Source: an uncultured Planctomycetaceae bacterium
GTDB lineage: Bacteria > Planctomycetota > Planctomycetia > Pirellulales > PALSA-1355
Length of the DNA: 64,000 nt
Direction of reading: 5' to 3'
Assembly: GCA_963785305.1 (NCBI GenBank)
Contig: CAWAUV010000005.1
Coordinates: 320,001 to 384,000 of the forward strand
Part shown: positions 20,637 through 30,318 of the stretch, one piece after another
Layout: each line of letters opens with the position of its first letter
Numbering within the stretch: the stretch's first letter is position 1
Position numbers and translations under genes: made by a program
Notes under the pieces: generated by a model
What the model was told of the DNA's origin: nothing
What the model saw: the letters and a program-made list of their open reading frames with translations, nothing else
Databases searched by the model: none

Positions 20637-20962
20637 CGATCTGGCTTTCGCGACTTCCGCTGGCCATTGCGGCCGCTATTTCGTGTTTGCTCTCGATTCG
20701 GCCCGATTCCGATTATCCGCATGGCGCCGGATATTCACTCAATAGCGGCTGTGCGGCCGGTCGATGGGTATTCTGGGGGGAGTCGAATCGCTTTCGAGCG
20801 GCTCGACTGCCAGAGCGCGAATGGCAAATCCCGTCACGCCATTCGCCGGCTCTCCGATCGCGAACCGCTCCTCCCGACTCTCCGCGCAGGTCTCACGGCG
20901 ACCCAATTCCATTCTGCCGTGCGCTGGCGCTTTTGTTTCTTTCAGTAGGGGGGAACTTCGCG

Positions 20963-21319
20963 ATGACTCGACGTGTCATGCTTGCGCTGGCCTTGGCCGG
21001 CGCAATTGTTTGCTTATCTGGCGCCCGACCGGCCTCGGCGCAGCAGCCACGAGGCGTGTCGACGTTTCCCCAGCAAGCCTACGGGCAGCAATGGGGCCAA
21101 ACCTACAGCACGCCGGACTGGAATCGCTTCTACCATTACCCGTATGTCTACTACCCGCAAAACTATTGGAACAAAGACTACTACCGCAGTTCCGATAGCC
21201 TGTATTACCGCTATCCGGCCGAGATGCGGATTCCGGTCTACAACACCCGCTGGCAGAACTATTATCCCGAAGGCCAGCTCTGGCATAGCGGCCATCACTT
21301 CATTCTCGATGTGTTTTGA
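20963..21319 (+). CDS. small secreted Tyr/Trp-rich protein
   Basis: signal peptide ending PASA-Q, then WNRFYHYPYVYYPQNYWNKDYYRSSDSLYYRYPAEMRIPVYN...GHHFILDVF. Confidence 0.85.
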   Translation: MTRRVMLALALAGAIVCLSGARPASAQQPRGVSTFPQQAYGQQWGQTYSTPDWNRFYHYPYVYYPQNYWNKDYYRSSDSLYYRYPAEMRIPVYNTRWQNYYPEGQLWHSGHHFILDVF

Positions 21320-21377
21320 GCGGAGCTCGGAGCGCGACCAGCGCGACGGATGACGGGTTGCTGGGTATAATGGCTGG

Positions 21378-23288
21378 ATGGAATATCGCCGCTATTTCCG
21401 CCGCTCGTTTCGCCAATTCGGCCGACTCGCCGCGCTCGGGCCGCTTGTCCGTGGGCCGCTTGTCGGCGGGGCGTTCGCGCTGTGGCTGATCGCGCTCGCG
21501 TCGCCAACGCCCGGGTCGGCGGCGGTGGCGATCTTGCTGAATCGCGCCTCGCGCGACATGTCGTACGCCGGCGCCGACCATGTGCGGCGAGAGTTGCCGG
21601 CCGGGGATGTCGCGCCGCTGGCCTTCGATGGCGACGGCCTGATCGAGTTCCGCTCCGGTTCCGGCGCGCTGACACGGCGGATCGAACCGAATCGCATGTA
21701 TATCTTCGTCGATGCCCTGGGCGGCGTCGAACTGCGCCGCCTCGGCCTCTCGACCGACATCGCCGAGGAAGTCGTATTGCCCGCGGGCGGCCCGGCCAAC
21801 GATCGCAACGACGCGACCCCGGTGGCCAAGACGCCCATTCCGGCCGACACCGCCCGGCGAGTGGTGATTCCGGTCAAGATTTTGGTGGATGAAGACGAAC
21901 CGGCAACGCGCGCGGTTTGGGAAAAACGATTGCGGCGGCGCGTCGCCGCGGCGAGCGTCATCTTGAAGAAGCACTGCTTCGTCGAGCTCGACGTGGTGGC
22001 GGTCGACGAATGGAATTCGCAAAACGGGGTGACCGATTTCGACCAGTCGCTTTCCGAATTCGAGCGCGAGGTCTCGCCCGGCCCGGCGCGGCTGGCGATT
22101 GGCTTTACGAGCCAGCACAAACTCACTCGCGGCCTGACCCATTTGGGCGGCACTCGTGCGCTCTTGCACTCGCATTTGCTCATGCGCGAATGGTCGCAAG
22201 TGGCCTCGGAGCCCGAGCGGCTCGAATTGTTGCTGCACGAGCTGGGGCATTTTCTCGGCGCGGCGCATCGCGCCGAGCCACAATCGGTGATGCGCGGCCT
22301 GCTGGCCGACCGCAAGTCGCTCGCGGCGGCGTTTCACATTCGCTTCGATCCGCTGAATGCGTTGGCGATGAACCTCGTGGCCGATGAACTCCGGCGCAAC
22401 GTGAACCTGCGCCCCGCCGATCTGAGCCTGCCGACGCAATTCGAGCTCTGCAAGCTGTATGCGGAAATCCATCGCTCGCTGCCGGCCGATCCGGCGGCGG
22501 CCCAAATGGAAAACGTGCTCGAGCGAGCGGGACTCATGCCGCGACTTGCCGCCGCGCAGTGGGTTTTGAGGGCCGTGATGATCGCGGCCGAGGAAAACTC
22601 GAAATTGCCGCTGCCCGGCGCCGCGGCCGGCGGTCAACCGGCGCGACGCGAGGGCGACGCGCTCGCGGAGTTTTACATTGCCCGCGCGGCGTTGGCCGCG
22701 CGGCGCGCTCCTCCCAAACTCGCGGCGGCCGGGTTCACGATCGGACTCGCGATTGCGCTCGATCGCTCGACGCTGCTGCGCGGCCATCCGCTGGTCGGCC
22801 CCATGTGCGAACGGGTCGAGCCGCCGCGGGCTCGCGCGCTCCGCCTCGAATTGCTTGGCGAGCCGACCGCGTTTGGCCGGGCCGATCTGCCGCAACATTT
22901 CTTTGTCTCGGCCGGGCTGGCGTCGCTGATTGGGCCACTGGCGGCGGAATCCATCGGCCTTTGGAAGGAGCAGCGCGACGCGAAAACGCCCACCGGCTTC
23001 AGCCTTGTCGACTACGAGACTGATCTCGCGGGGATTGCCCTGGCCGAAGCACTCCGCGAAGGATCGCGATCCCTGCCCGACGTCGATCACCCCTTCGCGT
23101 GGCGGGATTATTTGCCGATGACCGACAATCTTCCCGAGGGACTTGGCGCCGAGCAATTTGCCCAGCGTTATGGCTCGGTGCTCGATCCCCGCTTTCTGCG
23201 AGAACGGCAGCGGCTTCGCCAAGCGATCGACCAGTTGCCGATCTACGCCACGGCCCGTTCCACGAAGTCCAAGTCCGGCGAACGCTGA
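21378..23288 (+). CDS. metzincin (M12B/reprolysin-like) zinc metallopeptidase with extra C-terminal domain
   Basis: HELGHFLGAAH zinc motif, Met-turn SVM, N-terminal hydrophobic segment. Confidence 0.8.
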   Translation: MEYRRYFRRSFRQFGRLAALGPLVRGPLVGGAFALWLIALASPTPGSAAVAILLNRASRDMSYAGADHVRRELPAGDVAPLAFDGDGLIEFRSGSGALTRRIEPNRMYIFVDALGGVELRRLGLSTDIAEEVVLPAGGPANDRNDATPVAKTPIPADTARRVVIPVKILVDEDEPATRAVWEKRLRRRVAAASVILKKHCFVELDVVAVDEWNSQNGVTDFDQSLSEFEREVSPGPARLAIGFTSQHKLTRGLTHLGGTRALLHSHLLMREWSQVASEPERLELLLHELGHFLGAAHRAEPQSVMRGLLADRKSLAAAFHIRFDPLNALAMNLVADELRRNVNLRPADLSLPTQFELCKLYAEIHRSLPADPAAAQMENVLERAGLMPRLAAAQWVLRAVMIAAEENSKLPLPGAAAGGQPARREGDALAEFYIARAALAARRAPPKLAAAGFTIGLAIALDRSTLLRGHPLVGPMCERVEPPRARALRLELLGEPTAFGRADLPQHFFVSAGLASLIGPLAAESIGLWKEQRDAKTPTGFSLVDYETDLAGIALAEALREGSRSLPDVDHPFAWRDYLPMTDNLPEGLGAEQFAQRYGSVLDPRFLRERQRLRQAIDQLPIYATARSTKSKSGER

Positions 23289-23412
23289 ATGGCGGCGAGT
23301 TGCGGCGCGAATTCGGGGCGGTTAAAGTCGAGCGGACTTGGCGAAGCGGCTCGATCGCGCTTCGCCCCTTTGTATTCGCAAGGCAGGTTCAACCCCACTG
23401 GAGCATCTTATC

Positions 23413-24672
23413 ATGCGTTTGCGAGCGGCTTTCGCGCTTCTTCTTGCTTCCGCCGGTTTGTCGGGCGCCGGCGCGGCCGAACTGGCCCTGAAGTCTGGCG
23501 ACTTCGTGGCGGTGGTCGGCGATTCGATCACCGAGCAAAAACAGTACTCGGTGTTCATCGAGGATTATCTGCTCATGGCCCGGCCCGCCGATGCGCTGCG
23601 AGTGGCGCAGTTTGGCTGGGGGGGAGAAACAGCCAACGGTTTCGCGGGCCGCATGGAAAACGACATGCTGCAATTTCATCCGACCGTGGTCACGACCTGT
23701 TTCGGCATGAACGACGGCGGCTATTCGCCGATGACGCCCGACAAGGCCGCTCGATATCGCGAAAAGCAGACCGAGATCGTCAAGAAATGCAAGCAGGCCG
23801 GCGTGCGCGTGATCGTGCTTGGTTCGCCGGGCTGTGTCGACGCCGACAAATTCCGCGGCGGCGGCGAAGCCGCGATCATGTACAACAAAACCTTGTCGGA
23901 AGAGCGTGACATTTGCCGCGACATTGCCCAGCAAGAAGGCGTGCTGTTCGCCGATGTGTATTCCGCGATGTACGACGCCATGATCAAGGCCAAGCAAAAA
24001 TACGGCCCGAACTACCATGTCGGCGGCGGCGATGGCGTGCATCCCGACGCCAACGGCCAACTCTGCATGGCCTTTGCCTTTCTCAAGTCGCTCGGCTGCG
24101 TCGGCGAGATCGGTCGCTTGGAAGTCGACCTTGCCGCCGGCACGGCCCAAGCCACCGCGGGCCACAAGGTGCTACGCGCCAGTGGCGGCGATATCGAGAT
24201 CGAGAGCCAGCGTTATCCGTTCTGCTTCGCCGGTTCGGGCGATGCGCCGAACAACCCGCGCTCGATTTTGCCGATGTTGCCGTTCAACGCCGAACTGAAC
24301 CGCTATACGCTTGTCGTTTCCGGCGCCAAGGCGCCGCGCTATCGCGTGACCTGGGGCGCCCAGAACAAGGAATTCACCGGCGCGGAGCTGGCCAACGGAA
24401 TCAATCTGGCGAGCGAATTTCTCGACAATCCGTTTCTCGCGCCGTTCCAAAAAGTCGACCATGCGGTGCGCGAGCAGCAGAACTTCGAAACTCCGCTGGT
24501 CAAGTCGCTGTTGCACAGCATGCCCGAATATCGACGGTATGCTCCCGACTCGGCGGCGCCGCTGGAAAAGATTGCCCACGAGCTACTCTCGCGCGACAAG
24601 CAGTTGTTCGACGCTTCGGCCGCGGCAGTGTTGCCGGTGACGCACGCAATCAAGATCGAAGCATTGCAGTAA
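23413..24672 (+). CDS. secreted SGNH/GDSL hydrolase
   Basis: VVGDSIT, GWGGE, FGMNDG, DGVHP blocks; signal peptide. Confidence 0.92.
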   Translation: MRLRAAFALLLASAGLSGAGAAELALKSGDFVAVVGDSITEQKQYSVFIEDYLLMARPADALRVAQFGWGGETANGFAGRMENDMLQFHPTVVTTCFGMNDGGYSPMTPDKAARYREKQTEIVKKCKQAGVRVIVLGSPGCVDADKFRGGGEAAIMYNKTLSEERDICRDIAQQEGVLFADVYSAMYDAMIKAKQKYGPNYHVGGGDGVHPDANGQLCMAFAFLKSLGCVGEIGRLEVDLAAGTAQATAGHKVLRASGGDIEIESQRYPFCFAGSGDAPNNPRSILPMLPFNAELNRYTLVVSGAKAPRYRVTWGAQNKEFTGAELANGINLASEFLDNPFLAPFQKVDHAVREQQNFETPLVKSLLHSMPEYRRYAPDSAAPLEKIAHELLSRDKQLFDASAAAVLPVTHAIKIEALQ

Positions 24673-24722
24673 TCGCGCGGTTTCGCGATTCTCGCGGTTT
24701 CCCTGATTTCCTGGCGCACTTC

Positions 24723-24764
24723 AGCCCACGGCGCTCCTGGCGGCGCCGTGGGCTTTTGTCTTTT
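24723..24764 (+). terminator. intrinsic terminator (REP-like stem)
   Basis: 12-bp stem AGCCCACGGCGC/GCGCCGTGGGCT followed by TTTGTCTTTT. Confidence 0.7.
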
Positions 24765-24833
24765 CCGCGCCGCTCGGGCATAATACACGCACGCCAAGGG
24801 GGTTGCGAACAACAACGCGGGGAGAGACATTCG

Positions 24834-25289
24834 ATGAGCGAAGCGTCGCCGCCGGAACTCGCGGAATTTCCCGTGGTTTCGCCGTGGCCCGTGCAATGGG
24901 GCGATCAAGACGCCTTCGGCCATGTGAACAACACCGTATTTTTCCGCTGGATCGAAACGGCGCGGATCGTGTATCTGGAGCGGATCGATCTTCGGGAAAC
25001 GACCCCGAGCCAGCCGCTGGGCCCGATCCTGGCGTCGATCGAATGCAACTACCGCCGGCAAGTGCGCTTTCCCGACACGATCCACACCGGAGTGCGGGTC
25101 ACGCGGGTCGGGCGGAGCAGTTGTCGCATGACGCATGTGCTCTGGAGCGAGCGGCAGCAAGCGGTCGTGGCCGATGGCGTCGCCACGGTGGTGATGTTCG
25201 ATTACGGCAAAAACGCTTCGTGTCCGATATCGCGTTCGATTCGCGAAAACATCGCGGCGCTCGAGCGGCGCCCGGTCGAAGGCTTATGA
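24834..25289 (+). CDS. acyl-CoA thioesterase (4HBT/FcbC hot-dog fold)
   Basis: [36 protein letters not shown]. Confidence 0.9.
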   Translation: MSEASPPELAEFPVVSPWPVQWGDQDAFGHVNNTVFFRWIETARIVYLERIDLRETTPSQPLGPILASIECNYRRQVRFPDTIHTGVRVTRVGRSSCRMTHVLWSERQQAVVADGVATVVMFDYGKNASCPISRSIRENIAALERRPVEGL

Positions 25290-25341
25290 TTTTTCGCGGC
25301 GGGCTTCGATCGAGTCCCCTTCGAGCGACAACACCAAGGAA

Positions 25342-26205
25342 ATGGATCTCATGCCCCCAGAATATGTTCATCCGGAAACACTTGTCTCGACCGAATGGGT
25401 CGCCGCCCACTCCAACGATCCCGGAGTTCGGATCGTTGAATCCGACGAGGATGTGCTGCTCTACCAACAGGGCCACATTCCCGGCGCCGTGAGAATCGAC
25501 TGGCACACCGATCTGCAAGACCCGCTGGTGCGCGACTATATCTCGAAAGAGCGCTTCGCCGAGCTGTGCCGCCGCAAGGGAATCTCGAACGATACGGAAG
25601 TCGTGTTCTACGGCGACAAGAGCAATTGGTGGGCCTGCTACGCCTTCTGGACCTTCAAGCTCCATGGCCACGACAAATGCCGCATCATGAACGGCGGCCG
25701 AAAGCGTTGGGAGCTCGATGGCCACGCCTGGTCGCGCGACGCCGAGCCCGAATTTCCGCCGGGCAAGTACGAGGCCCGCGCCGCCGACCCGAGCGTGCGC
25801 GCGTTTCGCGATGAGGTGCTGGGCCATCAGCGTCGGGGCGGCCGGTTGGTCGATGTGCGTTCCAAGGGCGAGTTCACCGGCGAGATGTTGCACATGCCCG
25901 ACTACCCGCAAGAGGGCGCCTTGCGAGGCGGCCATATTCCCGGCGCCACGAGCATTCCTTGGTCACGCGCCGCGAACGAAGACGGCACTTTCAAATCCGC
26001 GGCCGAGCTGTCCGAAATCTACTTACAGCAGGCCAAGCTCTCGCCCACGGAACCGGTGATCGCCTATTGCCGCATCGGCGAGCGATCCAGCCACACGTGG
26101 TTCGTGCTTAAGTATCTGCTCGGCTTTTCCAATGTGCGGAACTACGACGGCTCATGGACCGAGTGGGGCAATGCCGTCGGCCTGCCGATCGCCGTGGGTG
26201 AGTAA
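25342..26205 (+). CDS. sseA: tandem-rhodanese sulfurtransferase (SseA/CysA type)
   Basis: LVSTEWV, GHIPGA twice, active loop [19 protein letters not shown]. Confidence 0.93.
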   Translation: MDLMPPEYVHPETLVSTEWVAAHSNDPGVRIVESDEDVLLYQQGHIPGAVRIDWHTDLQDPLVRDYISKERFAELCRRKGISNDTEVVFYGDKSNWWACYAFWTFKLHGHDKCRIMNGGRKRWELDGHAWSRDAEPEFPPGKYEARAADPSVRAFRDEVLGHQRRGGRLVDVRSKGEFTGEMLHMPDYPQEGALRGGHIPGATSIPWSRAANEDGTFKSAAELSEIYLQQAKLSPTEPVIAYCRIGERSSHTWFVLKYLLGFSNVRNYDGSWTEWGNAVGLPIAVGE

Positions 26206-26275
26206 GGAGCCGCGCATGCCCGCCGACGGATCGACTTTGGCCAAACGCATCGATGCAATCGTGGCGGAGCTTGCC
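26204..26275 (+). repeat. direct repeat copy 1: RBS plus first 20 codons of sufE (left junction)
   Basis: matches 28405-28475 with 5 substitutions and 1 indel; last 24 bp identical. Confidence 0.9.
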
Positions 26276-26334
26276 AGCGCGAGCCGATCGCGCGGGTCGA
26301 AATCGGCTATCCCGGTTTTGAAGGGGGCAAGACA

Positions 26335-28290
26335 ATGACAAGCTCAGGTTCAGATGGCGCGATGATGGACCAGACGCCGGCGGATAGGGAAGCGCTGCAT
26401 GATCAGCGGGACTGGCTACGTGTCACGCTCTCAAGTATCGGCGATGCCGTCATTACGACCGACGGCGAGGGCCGAGTGGCTTTCCTGAACCCAGTCGCGG
26501 AGACCTTGACCGGGTGGAAGCTGCAAGAAGCGTTGGAGCAGCCGCTCGACCGCGTGTTCCGAATTATTAACGAAGAAACTCGCCAGCCGGTCGAAAGCCC
26601 CACTGTCCAAGCGTTCCGAGAAAGTCGCGCCGTTGAACTGGCGAGCCACAGCCTGCTCATCGCCAAAGACGGCACGGAACGGCCTCTTGACGACAGCGCT
26701 GCCCCGATCAAGAACGACAAGGGAGAGGTCGCTGGTGTCGTACTAGTCTTTCGGGACATCAGCGAACGCCGGAAGTCGGAACGGGAACTGGCGAAAGCCC
26801 TTTCCTATGCGGACGACATCATCGAGACGCTGCGAGAGCCGTTCATGATTCTCGATGGCGACCTGCGAGTAAAGACGGCCAACCGTTCCTTCTATGATTG
26901 GTTTCAAGTCTCGAAGGAAGAAACCGAGAAACGGCTTGTCTACGACCTGGGGAATGGCCAGTGGAACATTCCCGGCCTGCGGAAGTTGCTGGATGATGTC
27001 CTGGCCCGAAACCAGTCCGTCGATGATTACGAGGTCGAACACTCCTTTCCAACTCTTGGCCGAAAGACCATGGTGCTCAATGCCCGCCCCTTCCCGCCCG
27101 ACTCCGAACACCCTGAATTGATTCTGCTAGCGGTCGAGGATGTTTCCGACTTAAGAGAACGGGCCGACGAGTTGGCCGCCGCCAATCGCCACAAGGACGA
27201 GTTTCTGGCGACTTTGGCCCACGAACTGAGAAATCCGCTGGCCCCGATCCGTAACGCCGTGCAATATCTCGGCATGGCGGGCTTGACGGAACGGGATGTG
27301 GAAACGGGAAGAGATGTCATCTCACGGCAAGTGTCGGTGATGGTAAGGCTCATTGACGACCTGCTCGATGTATCTCGCATCAGCCGCAACAAATTGGACA
27401 TCCGCAAAGAACGGGTGCAACTGGCGGGCGTGATTGAAAGCGCCGTGGAAAGCAGCCGACCTCTACTCCGGGATTGCGGTCACGAGCTCACGGTCAGTCT
27501 GCCGCCACGGCCGGTCTACATGGACGCCGATGCCGTCCGGCTCGCTCAGGTCTTCCTGAACTTGTTGAACAACGCGGGTAAATACACGAAACGGGGCGGT
27601 CATATTTGGCTCACTGTTGAACAGGAAGGGAGTGACGCCGTTGTCAGCGTGCGAGACAATGGCATTGGCATTTCCGCCGATATGCTACCCCGCATTTTCG
27701 AAATGTTCACGCAGGCTGATCGATCGTTGGAGCGGTCGCAAGGTGGACTCGGCATTGGCCTGACGCTCGTGCGGCGACTGGTCGATTTGCATGACGGCAC
27801 GATCGAGGCTCGCAGTAATGGCCCCGACCAAGGTAGTGAATTCGTCGTCCGCCTGCCCCTCATTCAGCCGCCACTTGAAACGCCGCCGATCGGTGACGGA
27901 CTTAGGGCAGCGACCCTGAGCGGCAGTCGCATTCTGGTGGTCGATGACAACAAGGACTCGGCTGACAGCTTGGGGATGATGTTGCGACTCAAGGGCAATG
28001 AGATTCGTACCGCCCACGATGGTCTTGAGGCCGTGGAAGTAGCGGAAACGTTCCGCCCGGAGTTAGTGTTGCTGGACATCGGCCTTCCCAAACTGAATGG
28101 CTACGATGTCGCCCGGCGTATTCGTCAGCAGCCGTGGGGTCATGATGTGATCCTTGTTGCATTGACGGGCTGGGGGCAAGACGAGGACAAACGCCGTTCG
28201 CAAGATGCGGGATTCAATTTCCATGTCGTCAAACCAGTGGAACTTGCGGCTCTTGAAAAACTGCTTAACGGGCCGCGGGCAACGACGTGA
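26335..28290 (+). CDS. hybrid sensor histidine kinase (PAS-PAS-HisKA-HATPase-REC)
   Basis: TLSSIGDAVITTD PAS, FLATLAHELRNPL, NLLNNAGKYT, DNGIG, GGLGIGL, receiver LLDIGLP...KP; lower GC3 than neighbours. Confidence 0.95.
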   Translation: MTSSGSDGAMMDQTPADREALHDQRDWLRVTLSSIGDAVITTDGEGRVAFLNPVAETLTGWKLQEALEQPLDRVFRIINEETRQPVESPTVQAFRESRAVELASHSLLIAKDGTERPLDDSAAPIKNDKGEVAGVVLVFRDISERRKSERELAKALSYADDIIETLREPFMILDGDLRVKTANRSFYDWFQVSKEETEKRLVYDLGNGQWNIPGLRKLLDDVLARNQSVDDYEVEHSFPTLGRKTMVLNARPFPPDSEHPELILLAVEDVSDLRERADELAAANRHKDEFLATLAHELRNPLAPIRNAVQYLGMAGLTERDVETGRDVISRQVSVMVRLIDDLLDVSRISRNKLDIRKERVQLAGVIESAVESSRPLLRDCGHELTVSLPPRPVYMDADAVRLAQVFLNLLNNAGKYTKRGGHIWLTVEQEGSDAVVSVRDNGIGISADMLPRIFEMFTQADRSLERSQGGLGIGLTLVRRLVDLHDGTIEARSNGPDQGSEFVVRLPLIQPPLETPPIGDGLRAATLSGSRILVVDDNKDSADSLGMMLRLKGNEIRTAHDGLEAVEVAETFRPELVLLDIGLPKLNGYDVARRIRQQPWGHDVILVALTGWGQDEDKRRSQDAGFNFHVVKPVELAALEKLLNGPRATT

Positions 28291-28404
28291 CGGATGATTG
28301 GCATCCGTCAACTTCGAATGAAGCTCACGCCCGGTCGCGCCGCTTTCGGTCTTTTTTTCTGATTTATTCGCCTCGTGTCTTGCCTCGGGCCGCGGCGATG
28401 CCCG

Positions 28405-28475
28405 AAGGAGCCCGCATGCTTGCCGACGGATCGACTCTGGCCCAACGCATTGATGCAATCGTGGCGGAGCTTGCC
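28405..28475 (+). repeat. direct repeat copy 2: start of the intact sufE (right junction)
   Basis: ATG at 28416 is exactly 2200 bp downstream of the ATG at 26216. Confidence 0.9.
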
Positions 28476-28876
28476 GAATTCGAGCCGCGCGATCGGCTCT
28501 CGCTCTTGCTCGAATATTCCGAGCGTTTGCCGCCGTTGGACGACCGGTACCGAGCCGAGTTCGAAGCCGGCGGCCATCGGGTCACGGAATGCCAGACCCC
28601 GGTCGCGCTTTGGGTAGAACTCGACGCGAACCGGTGCGTGACGCTTGACGCCTGGGTCGCGCCAAAGCGCCCACCGTCAAGGGTTTCGTCAGCTTGATGC
28701 GGGAGCTGATCGCCGGAATGCCCGCGGCCGAGGTGGCGGCGCTCGATGCGGGCCTTGTATCGCGGCTCGGTTTGGCGTCGGCCTTGGGCATGGTGCGCAT
28801 GCGCGGACTCAGCGGCATTGTGTTCGCTATCCGTCGCCGCGCCATCGCCGCGCTCGCGGCCCGGAGCGCCGATTAA
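28416..28876 (+). CDS. sufE: SufE-family sulfur acceptor (frameshift near 28668)
   Basis: RLSLLLEYSERLPPL, RVTECQTPV (acceptor Cys), then PTVKGFVSLM...LGMVRMRGLSGI in the next frame. Confidence 0.85.
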
Positions 28877-29180
28877 ATCCGTCGTCGAAACGAGCTGATG
28901 CGCCGCGAAACAACGCGCCCGGTGTAAGGGTTTTTTCGCGGGAACGCGGTCGAAAAACAGCGCCGCGAAAAACGGAAAAACATCGCGCGGGAGCGCTCGC
29001 AATCTCGGCGATGGGCGATTATGATCCAAGCATTCTCCGGCCTCGCCGGACCAGCAGCATCTTTCGATCTTTCTCTTTTCTCTCCCCGGTCGATCCGCGC
29101 TCGATGCGTCTCCCGTGCCCACGGGTCGAGGCTCTCGGCGCATGCGCGATCGACGAATCCCGTGCCGGAGCCTTTCCTCG

Positions 29181-29392
29181 ATGCTTGCGTATCCCAATGT
29201 AACGGTGTCTCTTGATCGTTTGAGCCAAACCGGATGGAAAATGGGCGACTTGTGCGTCAAGCGCCCCGACGGGCAAACCTGGATCGTGACAGGCCACCGC
29301 GGCAAGCATTGGATCATCGCCCAAGCGCCAGCCAAGCAGCCGCTTGGTGGCTGGCCCGTCGGCAGGCCGACAGGCTCAAACGCAAGCGCTAA
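29181..29392 (+). CDS. small hypothetical protein (frameshift near 29328)
   Basis: MLAYPNVTVSLDRLSQTGWKMGD...WIVTGHRGKHWIIAQA joined to SQAAAWWLARRQA; resembles a small planctomycete family from memory. Confidence 0.5.
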
Positions 29393-29460
29393 ACGCCGAG
29401 AAGCGCGAGCGCCGGTTGTTGGGTAGGGCGCCGCGGAGCTTCTCCTCGGGCTGAAGGCTC

Positions 29461-30267
29461 TTAAAACAGTTTTACCCGGCCCTTGCGCACTTTCGTGCGA
29501 AACTCCCACGGCGTGTCGCTGCCTTTGATATTGATGCGCCGCAGTTCCCAGCGGCGCAACAGCGGAAGTCGGTTGATCCGATTGCCGATCCGCAGTCCGC
29601 ATCGCACTCCCGCGGCCGTGAGTTCCCGGGTCATGGCGTCTTGCGCGGCGCCGACGGCGCGGATAACGGCCGTAGGGATAGGCCAGCGCCGGCGTTGCCT
29701 GCAGGCCCTGGCGATCGAGTTCCGCGAGCGACCGCCGTGTATCCTCGCCGATCTGCTCCGGCGTTTTATGTTCCAGATTCTCATGCGCGTGCGAATGCAG
29801 ACCGAACTCGATCACCGCCGGATCGAGCGCCGCCAATTGCGCGGCGCTGGCGATCGGCTCGGCGCCGTCGTCCCAAGCGTTGGTTCGACCCAGCCATGCC
29901 ACTGGCAGAAAGATCGTGGCCCGAAATCCGCGCCCTTCAAGAGCGGATAGGCGAGCTCCAGATTATTCAGGTAGCCATCGTCGAAGGTGAGGAGCACTCC
30001 GCGATCGGGCAGCGCGGCGCCGTGGTCCAAATGCGCGATCAGTTCCCGGCATGTGATCGAGCGATAGCCCTCGGCGGCGAGATAGTCGAGCTGGCTCGCG
30101 AACTGATCGACCGTTACCGTGAGCGGGTCGCGCCGATCGCGGCTTACCTGATGGTACATCAAGATCGGCAGCCCGCGCGTCGCCGGAACGAAGAGACTAT
30201 ATCGCACGATCAGCCACGCCAGGCCGGCGACCAGGGCCGCGAGGGCGCCGTATTGCCAAGCGTTCAT
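29461..30267 (-). CDS. polysaccharide deacetylase (NodB/IcaB type), two frameshifts
   Basis: LPILMYHQV, LTFDDGY, FGLHSHAH, AYPYG, ELRRINI motifs spread over three frames. Confidence 0.85.
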
Positions 30268-30318
30268 GGGAAACCTTTCGTTCGCGTGTCGCGCGGAGCT
30301 CGCGGCGTGGCGCCCTCG

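Noticed and set aside
23913..24833. Long N-terminal extension of the thioesterase ORF
   Set aside because: Shadow frame overlapping the SGNH gene and a terminator; SD-supported ATG at 24834
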